A stretch of DNA of 64,000 nt from Oopsacas minuta (GCA_024704765.1 JAKMXF010000122.1:124001-188000); one strand, 5' to 3'. Shown: positions 26,460 through 39,662, numbered from the stretch's first letter. Program-made: numbers and translations. Notes: generated from the letters alone by a model not told the origin.

Positions 26460-27964
26460 TATTTGATGATTTATAGTTTAAATATAGTCTTCAAGACTAA
26501 ATACATGCACAATATGAGAGATCCTTCAATATATGTGATACTAGGATAAATTTATTTTAAAATTCAAGAAAATATCTATATGTCGATAGGGATAACTAGT
26601 CTAGTATATTGATTTGTTGGCTGTTATCACCATATATCGATTATCATTCTTCAAAGCCCCTTAGTTTTCGGAAAATAGGATAAAAATTGAGGTGGCTGAA
26701 CCTCACCAAGCCTCCATTATGCTTCATCCATGGCCTTATGAACACCTGTTCAATTGACAATTTTGATAACCATGTTGAGCTTACATATCCAAAATGTTTA
26801 TACTCTATTGAATTAGTTTCAATTTCTATGTTCCAGATCTCTAATATTCATTCAGCTATTACAAATGTCGAGAGTTTGATTAATTACGCTGTTAGATTGC
26901 TATAGGATTAATTTAAAACCTATGAATTCTCAATTCTATTTCCTAGGATCCGAAGGTAGTTTCAATGGTTTATTGGAAAAGAAAGCTCAAGTTCCATTAC
27001 TATAATGTGACTATCCAATTTTTTGGTTGCTACCATATATCGGAAAGGCCGATAAATTCATCTTCAATCTATATATTTCCAGAAAATTGTCTATTATTTA
27101 TTAGCAATGACAGCGTTTCACTCTCTTAAATGTTGGGACCCAGGAACCAATATTTGGCCTATTTCCAAAATTTTCTTCAATCCAGCTATTCTAGCAGTGC
27201 TCCCTCTAAGGCATCGGCCGACAGAATCGTGTTTTCTGGCAAACAGGCCGATTTCATTATTTCCGGAAATTTTGACCATTCATGAATTCATGAATATTGT
27301 AAGTTTGTAACTCTCAATAATAATTTTACTTGACAAATTTATAAATCATGAGCCCGAATTCATTTCATATGCATTATGCATATAATAAAGGTGTTCTTTC
27401 AGATTATGAATATATTCATTTTACTGTGCCGACTATGTAATAGTAGCCCTGTACTGAAATGGTTACCTTTTTCTGAATGCAATTGTGAGACGAATTAAAG
27501 CATCATCATTTTACATTAAAGGCTGCGGCATAATTTCTACAACTCAATAATCAGGCTATATCATTTATTAAACTGGTACTTTTGGCTAGATAGTGTATTA
27601 TGTTTATAGCAGTATACTTATTATAACATATCTACACTATATACTTGGAAACATGCCTCCTTTCCATTATACGTAGATTTACTGAATTTTAGTTGAACTT
27701 CCTCTCATACCCTCAATTAGAGATCACAAAAATTCAGGCCTCTTCAATTGGTTGGAGACCCAGAAGATCGTCGGTGCCACCAAGTATTACAAGTATAGGC
27801 GTTCAGTTTGTTCCAAGCGTCCCGGAGTTGTAACTGGGGGAACTTGTGGTCACATTTGGCGTGAATGCCCCGGTACCCCCCAAGGAAGGTGTCAAACGTT
27901 CTCGTTGCAATGAACACTCAACAAAGGACCATGGCACGCAGATAGCCATGCCTGAGATACTGGC

Positions 27965-30900
27965 TTGGGGTGTCGAAAAGAATCTTTCCAAAGTGAAGAA
28001 AAGATACAAAAAGAGAATATGACCATTCTTCCCCTCATCGATGCTGCACTGGAGACTGCTGTACTTGAATTGGCTGCTTTAAAAGTCGCCCCAATCGCCC
28101 GTCTACTGCGTCGCAATGGCGTCGACATCCCCACTGGTGGGCAATCAAGGAATTATGGATTCGTCTGGTGGGTAACTGCCGCCAATTTGCAGTTCCAAAC
28201 TATCAAGGACGCTATTTGTGATATCAATTGTTTCGGCATTACAATTGACGAGACTACTGATTGTGGGGTCAGAAGCAACTGATAGTCTATTTAAAGACCC
28301 AGCACCACGCGTCGCAAAAGTTCCTTGGTCTTGTCAGTATGGAAGGCAGTAAGTCAGTCGACATTGTTGAGGCCGTTGTCTCTATTCTCAAGAGATACGA
28401 TTTAGACATAACTAAGTTGGCAAGTGTCTCATCAGACGGTTGCAGTACAATGCGCGGTGCCGTCAATGAGATCATAGTTCGTCTCAATTACATCATCAAC
28501 TTCAAGGTCAACCCTGACCTTGGTGGAGATTGTGGTGAAAACAGGATCTTTACGGCTCATTGTGTTCTACATCGTCTGAATCTAAGTCTGAATGATGTGT
28601 TCGTGTCTGAGGATGCGCCAAATGTGGTGAAAATATTAGCAGACAAAATCGAGTTCATTGTTAAATATGTCAATAATTGGTTTGCTCGTAGTTCAGATCG
28701 CAGACATCAGTACGAGAAGTTGATCGATGTCTTGACTCGCGTTAAAATACCTGGGTCATGGAACGACACTAGGTGGTTGTCTCGACATCCTGCCATACGC
28801 GCCGTTATTCGCAGTCATCGTGCCATTGTTACCTGCATTGACGAGAATGACAAGGTTAGTACTAGTCTGGAAGGTTGTTTTGTTCGCGAGTGTTTGACTG
28901 ATGACAATTTCTGAGTGAAATGGGAACAGTGCGCAAAGCAGTTGGCATCATGTTCACATTATCAAAGTTTCTCCAGGCATCAGTGCAAACACCATGGGAA
29001 GCGTTCCTGCTCATTCAGATTGGTGTTGTGCGGTTGTCCGATTTGCTTGATAATGTTCCCAAAACTACAGGGGAATTCAATAAATACTAATCATACCATA
29101 CTAAAACTATAAATACTTCTGTAGAGTTGGTGATTTTTGCTATGAATGTTCAAAGTAGTCTCCTTTATACGCTACAACTGAATTTAGCCTTTTAATCCAA
29201 TTTTCAAACGTCTTCCTGTACTCATCCTTGGGTATGACTTCAAGGCAATCTGTAAATTGCCCGACCAAGGCTGAGCCGATCCTCAAATTCGCATCCGGAG
29301 ACGTTATCTTTGAGTTTTCTAAACAGCCAGAAGTCACATGGGGCTATATCAGGGGAGTAATGTGGATGTGGAACTTCGTGCATATCCATATCTTTAATTT
29401 TTTGCCTTACAGCCAAAGATTTATGCGGTCTAGCATTATCGTGCAAAATTTTGAGACCACGAGTTCCAGTCTTTGGACGACGCTTAAGATAATGTTTTTC
29501 GACCTCAGGCAACACCACATCTGCGTAAAATTGTCCTGTGAGTGTCTGACCTTTGGGAACAGGGATTTGGGCTACAGGACCTAGGTCATCGAATAATATG
29601 CAGTACAAGACCTCGGGGCACGGAAGTCGGACACACAAACAGCTGGGGGTACCTCTCCCTTCTTTAGCCATACCCTGCCATCTTGCTTTCTGATCAGTGG
29701 TTTGAATTGTATCCATGTTTCATCTCCTGTTACTATCTCTATTTACCGTCTGGGGCACTCCCTTCATAGATCTCAAGGTTTTCCTTAGCTATTTGGAGTC
29801 TCGCGGCATTTTGTGGAAAAGTTAAGCAATGTCGCATCCATCGCATTTGGACCTTCCTCAGTTCTAAATCCGTGTTCAGAATTGTGTGTGCACTTCCCGT
29901 TGAAATGCCAACACAGTTAGCTACCTCCTCAACCGAAGAATGCGGAAAAGACGCGACATATTCCTTTACTTCACTCAATTTGTCATTGTTGGTCGCCAGT
30001 TTTGGTGCTCCAGGACGAGGGGCGTCTTGGACAGAGGTCCTACCTTCCCTAAATAGGCTCACCCACCTTCTGATAGTTGAATACGATAAGTATCTTCTCC
30101 ACATATCGTTGCCAACTCGTCATGAATAGGCTTTGGAGAGATTTCGAGAATTGTGCGAAATTTGATGTACGTTGGTTGTTCAAGTTCCCAAAAATTCGGA
30201 CAAGAAGCTATGAAAAATCTAAGGAGAAAATGTAGGTTTCTAAAAATAACTGAAACTTAGGAAATAATTAAGTGATCAGCTCTCTCTAAGTTTTGTTAGA
30301 AAGTTGAAATATAGTTCTATATAATCGCACTGAGAAATACAAGCTTAGAACTGCTATTACATTAAAAATATAGGATGATTAGTATATATTGAATGCCCTT
30401 GTAAGTCCGTCGTCGCCGTAAAATCCATGATCAATACTTTAATGAATTCTTTGAATAAACTGATTCCTGTTAGTGAAGGAATGATCGCCATTTACGATTT
30501 CCGTGTACTGAAGGAGCGAATTCAATAGGAATGTGCTTCAGGGGTTGATTTGGAATGGGAATCACTTAGGTTTGACCAAGATCTTGTCATATACAGTTTC
30601 AAGCACCATTTGAGTGTTTTCAGAAGATTTTTAGATGAGTTCAACATTTCGGATTCTGAACTGACCAGAACGTTCGTTGAAGGTTTTAACAAACTCCAGA
30701 GAGAGGTCCTGAACCGAAATATCTATGACATACACAAGCTCTCTTCCGAAACCTTCAAAGTCGACAGTCGCTCTTCCAAGGTTGGAAAACGCTATATTGA
30801 GATCATCGGTTGCATGGCGGTTAACAGTAGCATTGCGGAGCGCGGTTTCTCTCAGTTGGCAAGGTTGAAAACTCGCCTAAGGAATCGACTCAGCGGTGGA

Positions 30901-30987
30901 CACTTGAACTCCGCTATGAGTCTTCGTCTCAACGCTATGCCTACCGGCTTCCGAGATTCTTGCAGCATGGAGAAGACAACGGTTTAG
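27965..30987 (+). pseudogene. hAT transposase pseudogene
   Basis: GITIDETTD (D1), SVSSDGCSTM (D2), AHCVLHRLNL (CxxH), DTRWLSR and NSSIAERGFSQL...LKTRLRNRL (E, dimerization domain) across ORFs 27965-28282, 28261-28914 and 30550-30987. Confidence 0.9.
29068..30401 (-). mobile_element. Full-length mariner, copy 2 of family CAGGGGCATTCAAT; disrupted transposase
   Basis: TIRs at 29068 and 30401 flanked by TA (29066-67, 30402-03); ORFs 29739-30104, 29240-29716 and 29140-29337 match copy 1. Confidence 0.95.
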
Positions 30988-32049
30988 GTGAGTTCGCAAT
31001 GTTCAAAATCCCAGACCCAGGCTAGTTTTCCAACACACTACTGATATTGAGAAAATTGAAGATCAATTCGACGGTGATTACTCAGAAAGGAACGGCGAAG
31101 TAGCCGAGGACTCTGATGACTGGAGCAGTGAAGATGAAGATTCAGATATCGAATCTGAAATGGAGATTTTGGACGAAGGTGGCCATCTCTCTTTTGATAT
31201 CGGTAAGTATCTTGAGGAACCAGTTCAAGTACTACCATCAAGTATAAGAAGTAGAATCGATTTAATTAGATATTTAAATAGCAGCTTACTACTTGGTCCA
31301 GACACTAATTCAATATTGTATCAGTAATCAGTAACTATTTATAATTAGTATTATATACGAGAAATGATTATAATCAATCAAATATATATCAATCATTTTG
31401 ATGGGTCGACAGATATTGGAATCTGGTAATCATATGGCCGAGGGTCTGGGCAGTGCAGCCGGCCAGACCCTCCATCAGCCGATTCTTAGAGGGAACACTG
31501 GTAAGGTCCCGCAGGTTGCCGCAATATGTTTAGGGGTTCCGAGATTGATAACAGCCTGAAAACCACTGAATTATAATCTATAATTATCTTTTATCATCAC
31601 AAAGTTTAGGTATCGAAAATTAATGAAAATTCACATAAATTGTGTTGAGCTGTAAAAGTAACATTAGAACTACACCCAGTGTAAGTTTGGTAGTATTTTG
31701 AAGGTTGAAATTATATTTATAGGAATTTAAGTTTGGTGTACAAAACTATGATTTCAAAAGGCCCGAAAATTAACATAATTTTATGAGACTTTGAGATAGT
31801 GCAACACTCACGTAAGTTGATTCAGATTAAAGGCAATTGTAGATTTGGAAACACCTACATATTTCCATTCATTCTCCGTATATACATTAACAAGATTTGA
31901 TTATGAAAATTTTCCCTACTGGAAGGGAATAATCCACTGTTGGGACTAAAAGGAAATATTAGTTCATTTGACTGTGGTAGATTGTACTCCTACCCTTTCT
32001 TCAAACTCCTAACCCATCGTTAATAAAAAGAAAGGGAATGTTTACAAAA

Positions 32050-32872
32050 GCCACACGATACTCGATTATCACTGAAGATGTGGAAATGTCGAAGGTAACT
32101 GCGCGTTGGGACCCAAAACTTCTTTCATAAGAACAAAAACGCGAAGGGGTCAGAGTTAACAAAGAATTACTTTCAAGATACAAGGCAGAGGAAGACTTTT
32201 GGATCGTATAGTAACGGAGGATGAAACTTTGTTTATTATTATGAACCAGAGAGCAAAACTCAATCGAAGCAGTGGAAGAGACGTGATGAACCTGTACCCA
32301 TCGAGGTAAAGGCCGTAAAATCAGCAGGCAAGAGAATGGCAACAATATTCTGGGATAGAGAAGAAATTGTACACCTGGACTGGTTGCCTGATAAGACCAC
32401 CATAAACAGTGATTATTACCTTGACGAATTGAAAGAATTACGTCAAGCGATTAAACTTGAGAGGCGAGGCTAGTTGACACGTGGCGTACTGCTGCAATAT
32501 GACAACGCAAGGCCCCATGTAAGTTCCAAGACAATGGCTGCAATTGACGACTTAGGATTCGAATGTCCCTCATCCCCCGTATAGTCCAGACCTGGCTCCC
32601 AGCGACTACTGACTGTTTTGAGAGATGAAGAGACCTCTTCAAGGGAAGAGATTTAAGGATTTCAAACGACTGGAGTATGAAATATAACAGTGGGAGAAAG
32701 GGACCCCTAAAGAATTCTATACCAGTGGGCTGGAAAAGTTACCAGAACGATGGAAACGGTGTATAAAGTTAAAGGGGGAATTTATCGAAACATTTGATAA
32801 TCTATTACGATAAGTATAGGTTCACTAAATGAATTATGAAACAAAGTCTCATTATTTATTGAACAACCCTTG
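32050..32872 (+). mobile_element. 5'-truncated decayed mariner
   Basis: MSKVTARWDPKLL, VTEDET, YEPESKTQSKQW, YDNARPHV and YSPDLAPSDY; 3' TIR ...TTTATTGAACAACCCTTG|TA ending at 32872. Confidence 0.85.
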
Positions 32873-33159
32873 TAAAGTTAATTGACTAGTTGATTATAAG
32901 GGTAGTTGATTGTGGCTGTTTTGAAAAAAACCTGTTCTTGCAGTTTGTGGAGAGAGAGAGAAAATGGGATTATAGGGGGTTACAAAGAAGATAATTGCAA
33001 TATAAACGATCGCAATTGGGGCAGGACCAAGTTGCGCTATTCTGGGGAGGGGTTTGAGGGTGTAAAGGTCCTATACGTGAAATGAGGTGAGTTCCGGGGT
33101 ACTACATGGAGTAGGTCACGCGTAGTGACAAAGGAAGACCTGTGGGTACGTTAGTGGCG

Positions 33160-35002
33160 CACATCACGAGCTCAGTCATGTGTGGCGAGATAGGATGTAC
33201 GAGTATTTTATGTGCCACCACTATCACGTTCTTCGTGCAGTGATTGTCCTCTTCGTACGCCTTTGCGCCATTTGCCAGCCAACAAGGGCAGGAAATCTAC
33301 ACTGAAAGTCATCCACAGACCTATCATACCCAATAATGTTGAGCTTCGTGGGCAGGCTGACCTTGTGGATATGCAGACATGCCCAGTCAAGGACTATCAA
33401 CACATCTTCAACTATCAGTACTGCTTCAGCAATTTTGTCATTCTGAGGCCTCTTACGTCCAAGCTAGCGGTAATGGTGGCTGAACATCTGGTGCAGATCT
33501 TCTGTGAGCATGGCCCGCTACACATCTTGCACACGGATAATGGAGAGAGTTCGTTAACAAGCATCTCTTCACTGCCGTGCGCAGACTCTAGAGAAGTACA
33601 CACCATGGGCAGGGGTAAGGTCAAAACACTCACAGGACCAGGGAAGTGTGGAGCAAGCTAATGATGATTCAAGAAGCAATTATTCGCAAGTCTCAGGGAT
33701 GCGGGTAAAGAGACCAATGAGTGGGCATGTGAGTTACAATTTGTTCAGTATAGTAAGAATAATGCATACCACTCAGGTATTAAGACGACACCCTTCTCTG
33801 TACACTTTGGGAGAACGCCACCTGATCTCAGTGTGGATATGCTACTACCACGCGAGGTACTTAACACCCTTGATGATGAGGACCAGCTAGAACAGCCGCT
33901 AGCTACCAGACAGGTTACCAAGTATGTTGAAATTCCGCAGACACCACCACTACCACCCAGCCCTATGCTATTAACCCGTCTTTCCCTACAGGAACCTACT
34001 GTTGAAATAGATATTTCAGCGAGCGCCACACTCACTGATACTGTTCTGCCACAGCCTTGCTCTTCCCACGATATCAGTACCAACCCATCTTTCACTCCCT
34101 CCGAGGAGCAGGAGGACATGCCAGCAGACGACACTGGTACAAACCATCCCTTGACGTCCTAAGGCCTACTTCATCTGAGTTCGCCGACGATCTGGATGAC
34201 GACTCCTACCTTACTATATCCCAGCTGATCGGAACACAAGTTACACCTTATAATGACATTTCTCCAGCCAGTCTAAGCCGATACCCTCTGATCCATCCTT
34301 CTCACCTCTACCACCGTCATCTCCTATTTCCTACGCATCTAACACATACTTCACTGACCATCCTCTCTGTCCAGTCTGTGTAATAGATGATGGAAACTGT
34401 ACTGTGAGTTGCAACCAATGTAACTGGATTCATTTCATGCTGGCTGCCTGAACTGAGTAGAGGTGAACGGTAAAACTCCAGTACAGTACTTCTCTGCGCG
34501 CGATGAGTACTGCAGGAAAGCGTGGAATACTGAGCAGCTCCGTCAAGGAGGTTAGAGTGCACTTAGGAAGCAAGGAGCTGACGTGATACAGTCTAGCAAG
34601 AAACGTAGCAAGACTATTGAGAAGGGAGATAATGTGAGAATAGCCATTCTGTACCCTTACAGGGCTAGCATTGGTCCCACTAGTCTCATTGCCACCATTA
34701 CGGATGTGTACTCGGATGGAGGGCCTTTCCAGATAGGGACTGCACAATGGACATTCAGTACAGTATTCAACTACACTGACCTAACACCCTGCGGGACTGA
34801 CAAGCTTCTCTACCCTAACGATGTTCTTGACAGAGAAGTGTCCGTCAGGACGGCTGCTAGGATAGAGGCAGGGGTTACATCGCGCGTCTCATGCCAATGT
34901 AGGGCAGCATGCCGGATTAAGACTTGCCATTGCAAACGGATGCAGGTTAAGTGCAACTCGAGGTGTCACAGGCACTCTACCGTTCGCAAGAACAGATGGT
35001 AA
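33160..35002 (+). pseudogene. Ginger2/KRBA2-SCAND3-like integrase relic
   Basis: HHELSHVWRDRMYEY...CAICQ (HHCC), RGQADLVDMQ, FVILRPLTSK, ILHTDNG, then a C-terminal Cys-rich CQC...CHC...CNSRCH tail (ORF 34583-35002); several frameshifts; visibly more GC-rich than the flanks. Confidence 0.8.
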
Positions 35003-35063
35003 TTGCAAGTGAGTTAGTTATTCCTAAAGTATATTTCATATGATGTTCATAACTAACTCGCAA

Positions 35064-36906
35064 TTACCATCTGTTCTTGCGAACGGTAGAGTGCCTGTGA
35101 CACCTCGAGTTGCACTTAACCTGCATCCGTTTGCAATGGCAAGTCTTAATCCGGCATGCTGCCCTACATTGGCATGAGACGCGCGATGTAACCCCTGCCT
35201 CTATCCTAGCAGCCGTCCTGACGGACACTTCTCTGTCAAGAACATCGTTAGGGTAGAGAAGCTTGTCAGTCCCGCAGGGTGTTAGGTCAGTGTAGTTGAA
35301 TACTGTACTGAATGTCCATTGTGCAGTCCCTATCTGGAAAGGCCCTCCATCCGAGTACACATCCGTAATGGTGGCAATGAGACTAGTGGGACCAATGCTA
35401 GCCCTGTAAGGGTACAGAATGGCTATTCTCACATTATCTCCCTTCTCAATAGTCTTGCTACGTTTCTTGCTAGACTGTATCACGTCAGCTCCTTGCTTCC
35501 TAAGTGCACTCTAACCTCCTTGACGGAGCTGCTCAGTATTCCACGCTTTCCTGCAGTACTCATCGCGCGCAGAGAAGTACTGTACTGGAGTTTTACCGTT
35601 CACCTCTACTCAGTTCAGGCAGCCAGCATGAAATGAATCCAGTTACATTGGTTGCAACTCACAGTACAGTTTCCATCATCTATTACACAGACTGGACAGA
35701 GAGGATGGTCAGTGAAGTATGTGTTAGATGCGTAGGAAATAGGAGATGACGGTGGTAGAGGTGAGAAGGATGGATCAGAGGGTATCGGCTTAGACTGGCT
35801 GGAGAAATGTCATTATAAGGTGTAACTTGTGTTCCGATCAGCTGGGATATAGTAAGGTAGGAGTCGTCATCCAGATCGTCGGCGAACTCAGATGAAGTAG
35901 GCCTTAGGACGTCAAGGGATGGTTTGTACCAGTGTCGTCTGCTGGCATGTCCTCCTGCTCCTCGGAGGGAGTGAAAGATGGGTTGGTACTGATATCGTGG
36001 GAAGAGCAAGGCTGTGGCAGAACAGTATCAGTGAGTGTGGCGCTCGCTGAAATATCTATTTCAACAGTAGGTTCCTGTAGGGAAAGACGGGTTAATAGCA
36101 TAGGGCTGGGTGGTAGTGGTGGTGTCTGCGGAATTTCAACATACTTGGTAACCTGTCTGGTAGCTAGCGGCTGTTCTAGCTGGTCCTCATCATCAAGGGT
36201 GTTAAGTACCTCGCGTGGTAGTAGCATATCCACACTGAGATCAGGTGGCGTTCTCCCAAAGTGTACAGAGAAGGGTGTCGTCTTAATACCTGAGTGGTAT
36301 GCATTATTCTTACTATACTGAACAAATTGTAACTCACATGCCCACTCATTGGTCTCTTTACCCGCATCCCTGAGACTTGCGAATAATTGCTTCTTGAATC
36401 ATCATTAGCTTGCTCCACACTTCCCTGGTCCTGTGAGTGTTTTGACCTTACCCCTGCCCATGGTGTGTACTTCTCTAGAGTCTGCGCACGGCAGTGAAGA
36501 GATGCTTGTTAACGAACTCTCTCCATTATCCGTGTGCAAGATGTGTAGCGGGCCATGCTCACAGAAGATCTGCACCAGATGTTCAGCCACCATTACCGCT
36601 AGCTTGGACGTAAGAGGCCTCAGAATGACAAAATTGCTGAAGCAGTACTGATAGTTGAAGATGTGTTGATAGTCCTTGACTGGGCATGTCTGCATATCCA
36701 CAAGGTCAGCCTGCCCACGAAGCTCAACATTATTGGGTATGATAGGTCTGTGGATGACTTTCAGTGTAGATTTCCTGCCCTTGTTGGCTGGCAAATGGCG
36801 CAAAGGCGTACGAAGAGGACAATCACTGCACGAAGAACGTGATAGTGGTGGCACATAAAATACTCGTACATCCTATCTCGCCACACATGACTGAGCTCGT
36901 GATGTG
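35064..36906 (-). pseudogene. Mirror copy of the Ginger2-like integrase relic
   Basis: Reverse complement of 33160-35002 (identical ORF translations). Confidence 0.8.
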
Positions 36907-37193
36907 CGCCACTAACGTACCCACAGGTCTTCCTTTGTCACTACGCGTGACCTACTCCATGTAGTACCCCGGAACTCACCTCATTTCACGTATAGGACCT
37001 TTACACCCTCAAACCCCTCCCCAGAATAGCGCAACTTGGTCCTGCCCCAATTGCGATCGTTTATATTGCAATTATCTTCTTTGTAACCCCCTATAATCCC
37101 ATTTTCTCTCTCTCTCCACAAACTGCAAGAACAGGTTTTTTTCAAAACAGCCACAATCAACTACCCTTATAATCAACTAGTCAATTAACTTTA

Positions 37194-38016
37194 CAAGGGT
37201 TGTTCAATAAATAATGAGACTTTGTTTCATAATTCATTTAGTGAACCTATACTTATCGTAATAGATTATCAAATGTTTCGATAAATTCCCCCTTTAACTT
37301 TATACACCGTTTCCATCGTTCTGGTAACTTTTCCAGCCCACTGGTATAGAATTCTTTAGGGGTCCCTTTCTCCCACTGTTATATTTCATACTCCAGTCGT
37401 TTGAAATCCTTAAATCTCTTCCCTTGAAGAGGTCTCTTCATCTCTCAAAACAGTCAGTAGTCGCTGGGAGCCAGGTCTGGACTATACGGGGGATGAGGGA
37501 CATTCGAATCCTAAGTCGTCAATTGCAGCCATTGTCTTGGAACTTACATGGGGCCTTGCGTTGTCATATTGCAGCAGTACGCCACGTGTCAACTAGCCTC
37601 GCCTCTCAAGTTTAATCGCTTGACGTAATTCTTTCAATTCGTCAAGGTAATAATCACTGTTTATGGTGGTCTTATCAGGCAACCAGTCCAGGTGTACAAT
37701 TTCTTCTCTATCCCAGAATATTGTTGCCATTCTCTTGCCTGCTGATTTTACGGCCTTTACCTCGATGGGTACAGGTTCATCACGTCTCTTCCACTGCTTC
37801 GATTGAGTTTTGCTCTCTGGTTCATAATAATAAACAAAGTTTCATCCTCCGTTACTATACGATCCAAAAGTCTTCCTCTGCCTTGTATCTTGAAAGTAAT
37901 TCTTTGTTAACTCTGACCCCTTCGCGTTTTTGTTCTTATGAAAGAAGTTTTGGGTCCCAACGCGCAGTTACCTTCGACATTTCCACATCTTCAGTGATAA
38001 TCGAGTATCGTGTGGC
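37194..38016 (-). mobile_element. Mirror copy of the truncated mariner
   Basis: Reverse complement of 32050-32872. Confidence 0.85.
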
Positions 38017-38565
38017 TTTTGTAAACATTCCCTTTCTTTTTATTAACGATGGGTTAGGAGTTTGAAGAAAGGGTAGGAGTACAATCTACCACAGTCAAAT
38101 GAACTAATATTTCCTTTTAGTCCCAACAGTGGATTATTCCCTTCCAGTAGGGAAAATTTTCATAATCAAATCTTGTTAATGTATATACGGAGAATGAATG
38201 GAAATATGTAGGTGTTTCCAAATCTACAATTGCCTTTAATCTGAATCAACTTACGTGAGTGTTGCACTATCTCAAAGTCTCATAAAATTATGTTAATTTT
38301 CGGGCCTTTTGAAATCATAGTTTTGTACACCAAACTTAAATTCCTATAAATATAATTTCAACCTTCAAAATACTACCAAACTTACACTGGGTGTAGTTCT
38401 AATGTTACTTTTACAGCTCAACACAATTTATGTGAATTTTCATTAATTTTCGATACCTAAACTTTGTGATGATAAAAGATAATTATAGATTATAATTCAG
38501 TGGTTTTCAGGCTGTTATCAATCTCGGAACCCCTAAACATATTGCGGCAACCTGCGGGACCTTAC

Positions 38566-39662
38566 CAGTGTTCCCTCTAAGAATCGGCTGATGGAGGGTC
38601 TGGCCGGCTGCACTGCCCAGACCCTCGGCCATATGATTACCAGATTCCAATATCTGTCGACCCATCAAAATGATTGATATATATTTGATTGATTATAATC
38701 ATTTCTCGTATATAATACTAATTATAAATAGTTACTGATTACTGATACAATATTGAATTAGTGTCTGGACCAAGTAGTAAGCTGCTATTTAAATATCTAA
38801 TTAAATCGATTCTACTTCTTATACTTGATGGTAGTACTTGAACTGGTTCCTCAAGATACTTACCGATATCAAAAGAGAGATGGCCACCTTCGTCCAAAAT
38901 CTCCATTTCAGATTCGATATCTGAATCTTCATCTTCACTGCTCCAGTCATCAGAGTCCTCGGCTACTTCGCCGTTCCTTTCTGAGTAATCACCGTCGAAT
39001 TGATCTTCAATTTTCTCAATATCAGTAGTGTGTTGGAAAACTAGCCTGGGTCTGGGATTTTGAACATTGCGAACTCACCTAAACCGTTGTCTTCTCCATG
39101 CTGCAAGAATCTCGGAAGCCGGTAGGCATAGCGTTGAGACGAAGACTCATAGCGGAGTTCAAGTGTCCACCGCTGAGTCGATTCCTTAGGCGAGTTTTCA
39201 ACCTTGCCAACTGAGAGAAACCGCGCTCCGCAATGCTACTGTTAACCGCCATGCAACCGATGATCTCAATATAGCGTTTTCCAACCTTGGAAGAGCGACT
39301 GTCGACTTTGAAGGTTTCGGAAGAGAGCTTGTGTATGTCATAGATATTTCGGTTCAGGACCTCTCTCTGGAGTTTGTTAAAACCTTCAACGAACGTTCTG
39401 GTCAGTTCAGAATCCGAAATGTTGAACTCATCTAAAAATCTTCTGAAAACACTCAAATGGTGCTTGAAACTGTATATGACAAGATCTTGGTCAAACCTAA
39501 GTGATTCCCATTCCAAATCAACCCCTGAAGCACATTCCTATTGAATTCGCTCCTTCAGTACACGGAAATCGTAAATGGCGATCATTCCTTCACTAACAGG
39601 AATCAGTTTATTCAAAGAATTCATTAAAGTATTGATCATGGATTTTACGGCGACGACGGACT
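38566..39662 (-). mobile_element. Mirror copy of the hAT 3' end
   Basis: TIR CAGTGTTCCCTCTAAG at 38566; ORF 39079-39516 is identical to 30550-30987. Confidence 0.85.

Larger units (their letters stand above)
27195..31500 (+). mobile_element. hAT transposon (ZNF862/DUF4371-like) interrupted by a mariner
   Basis: TIRs CAGTGCTCCCTCTAAG (27195) / CTTAGAGGGAACACTG (ending 31500); internal transposase relic. The flanking 8-mers do not match. Confidence 0.75.

Noticed and set aside
33648-34747. Multiple overlapping ORFs on both strands (and mirrors at 35319-36418)
   Set aside because: Frameshifted pieces and antisense frames of the GC-richer Ginger2-like relic, not separate genes.
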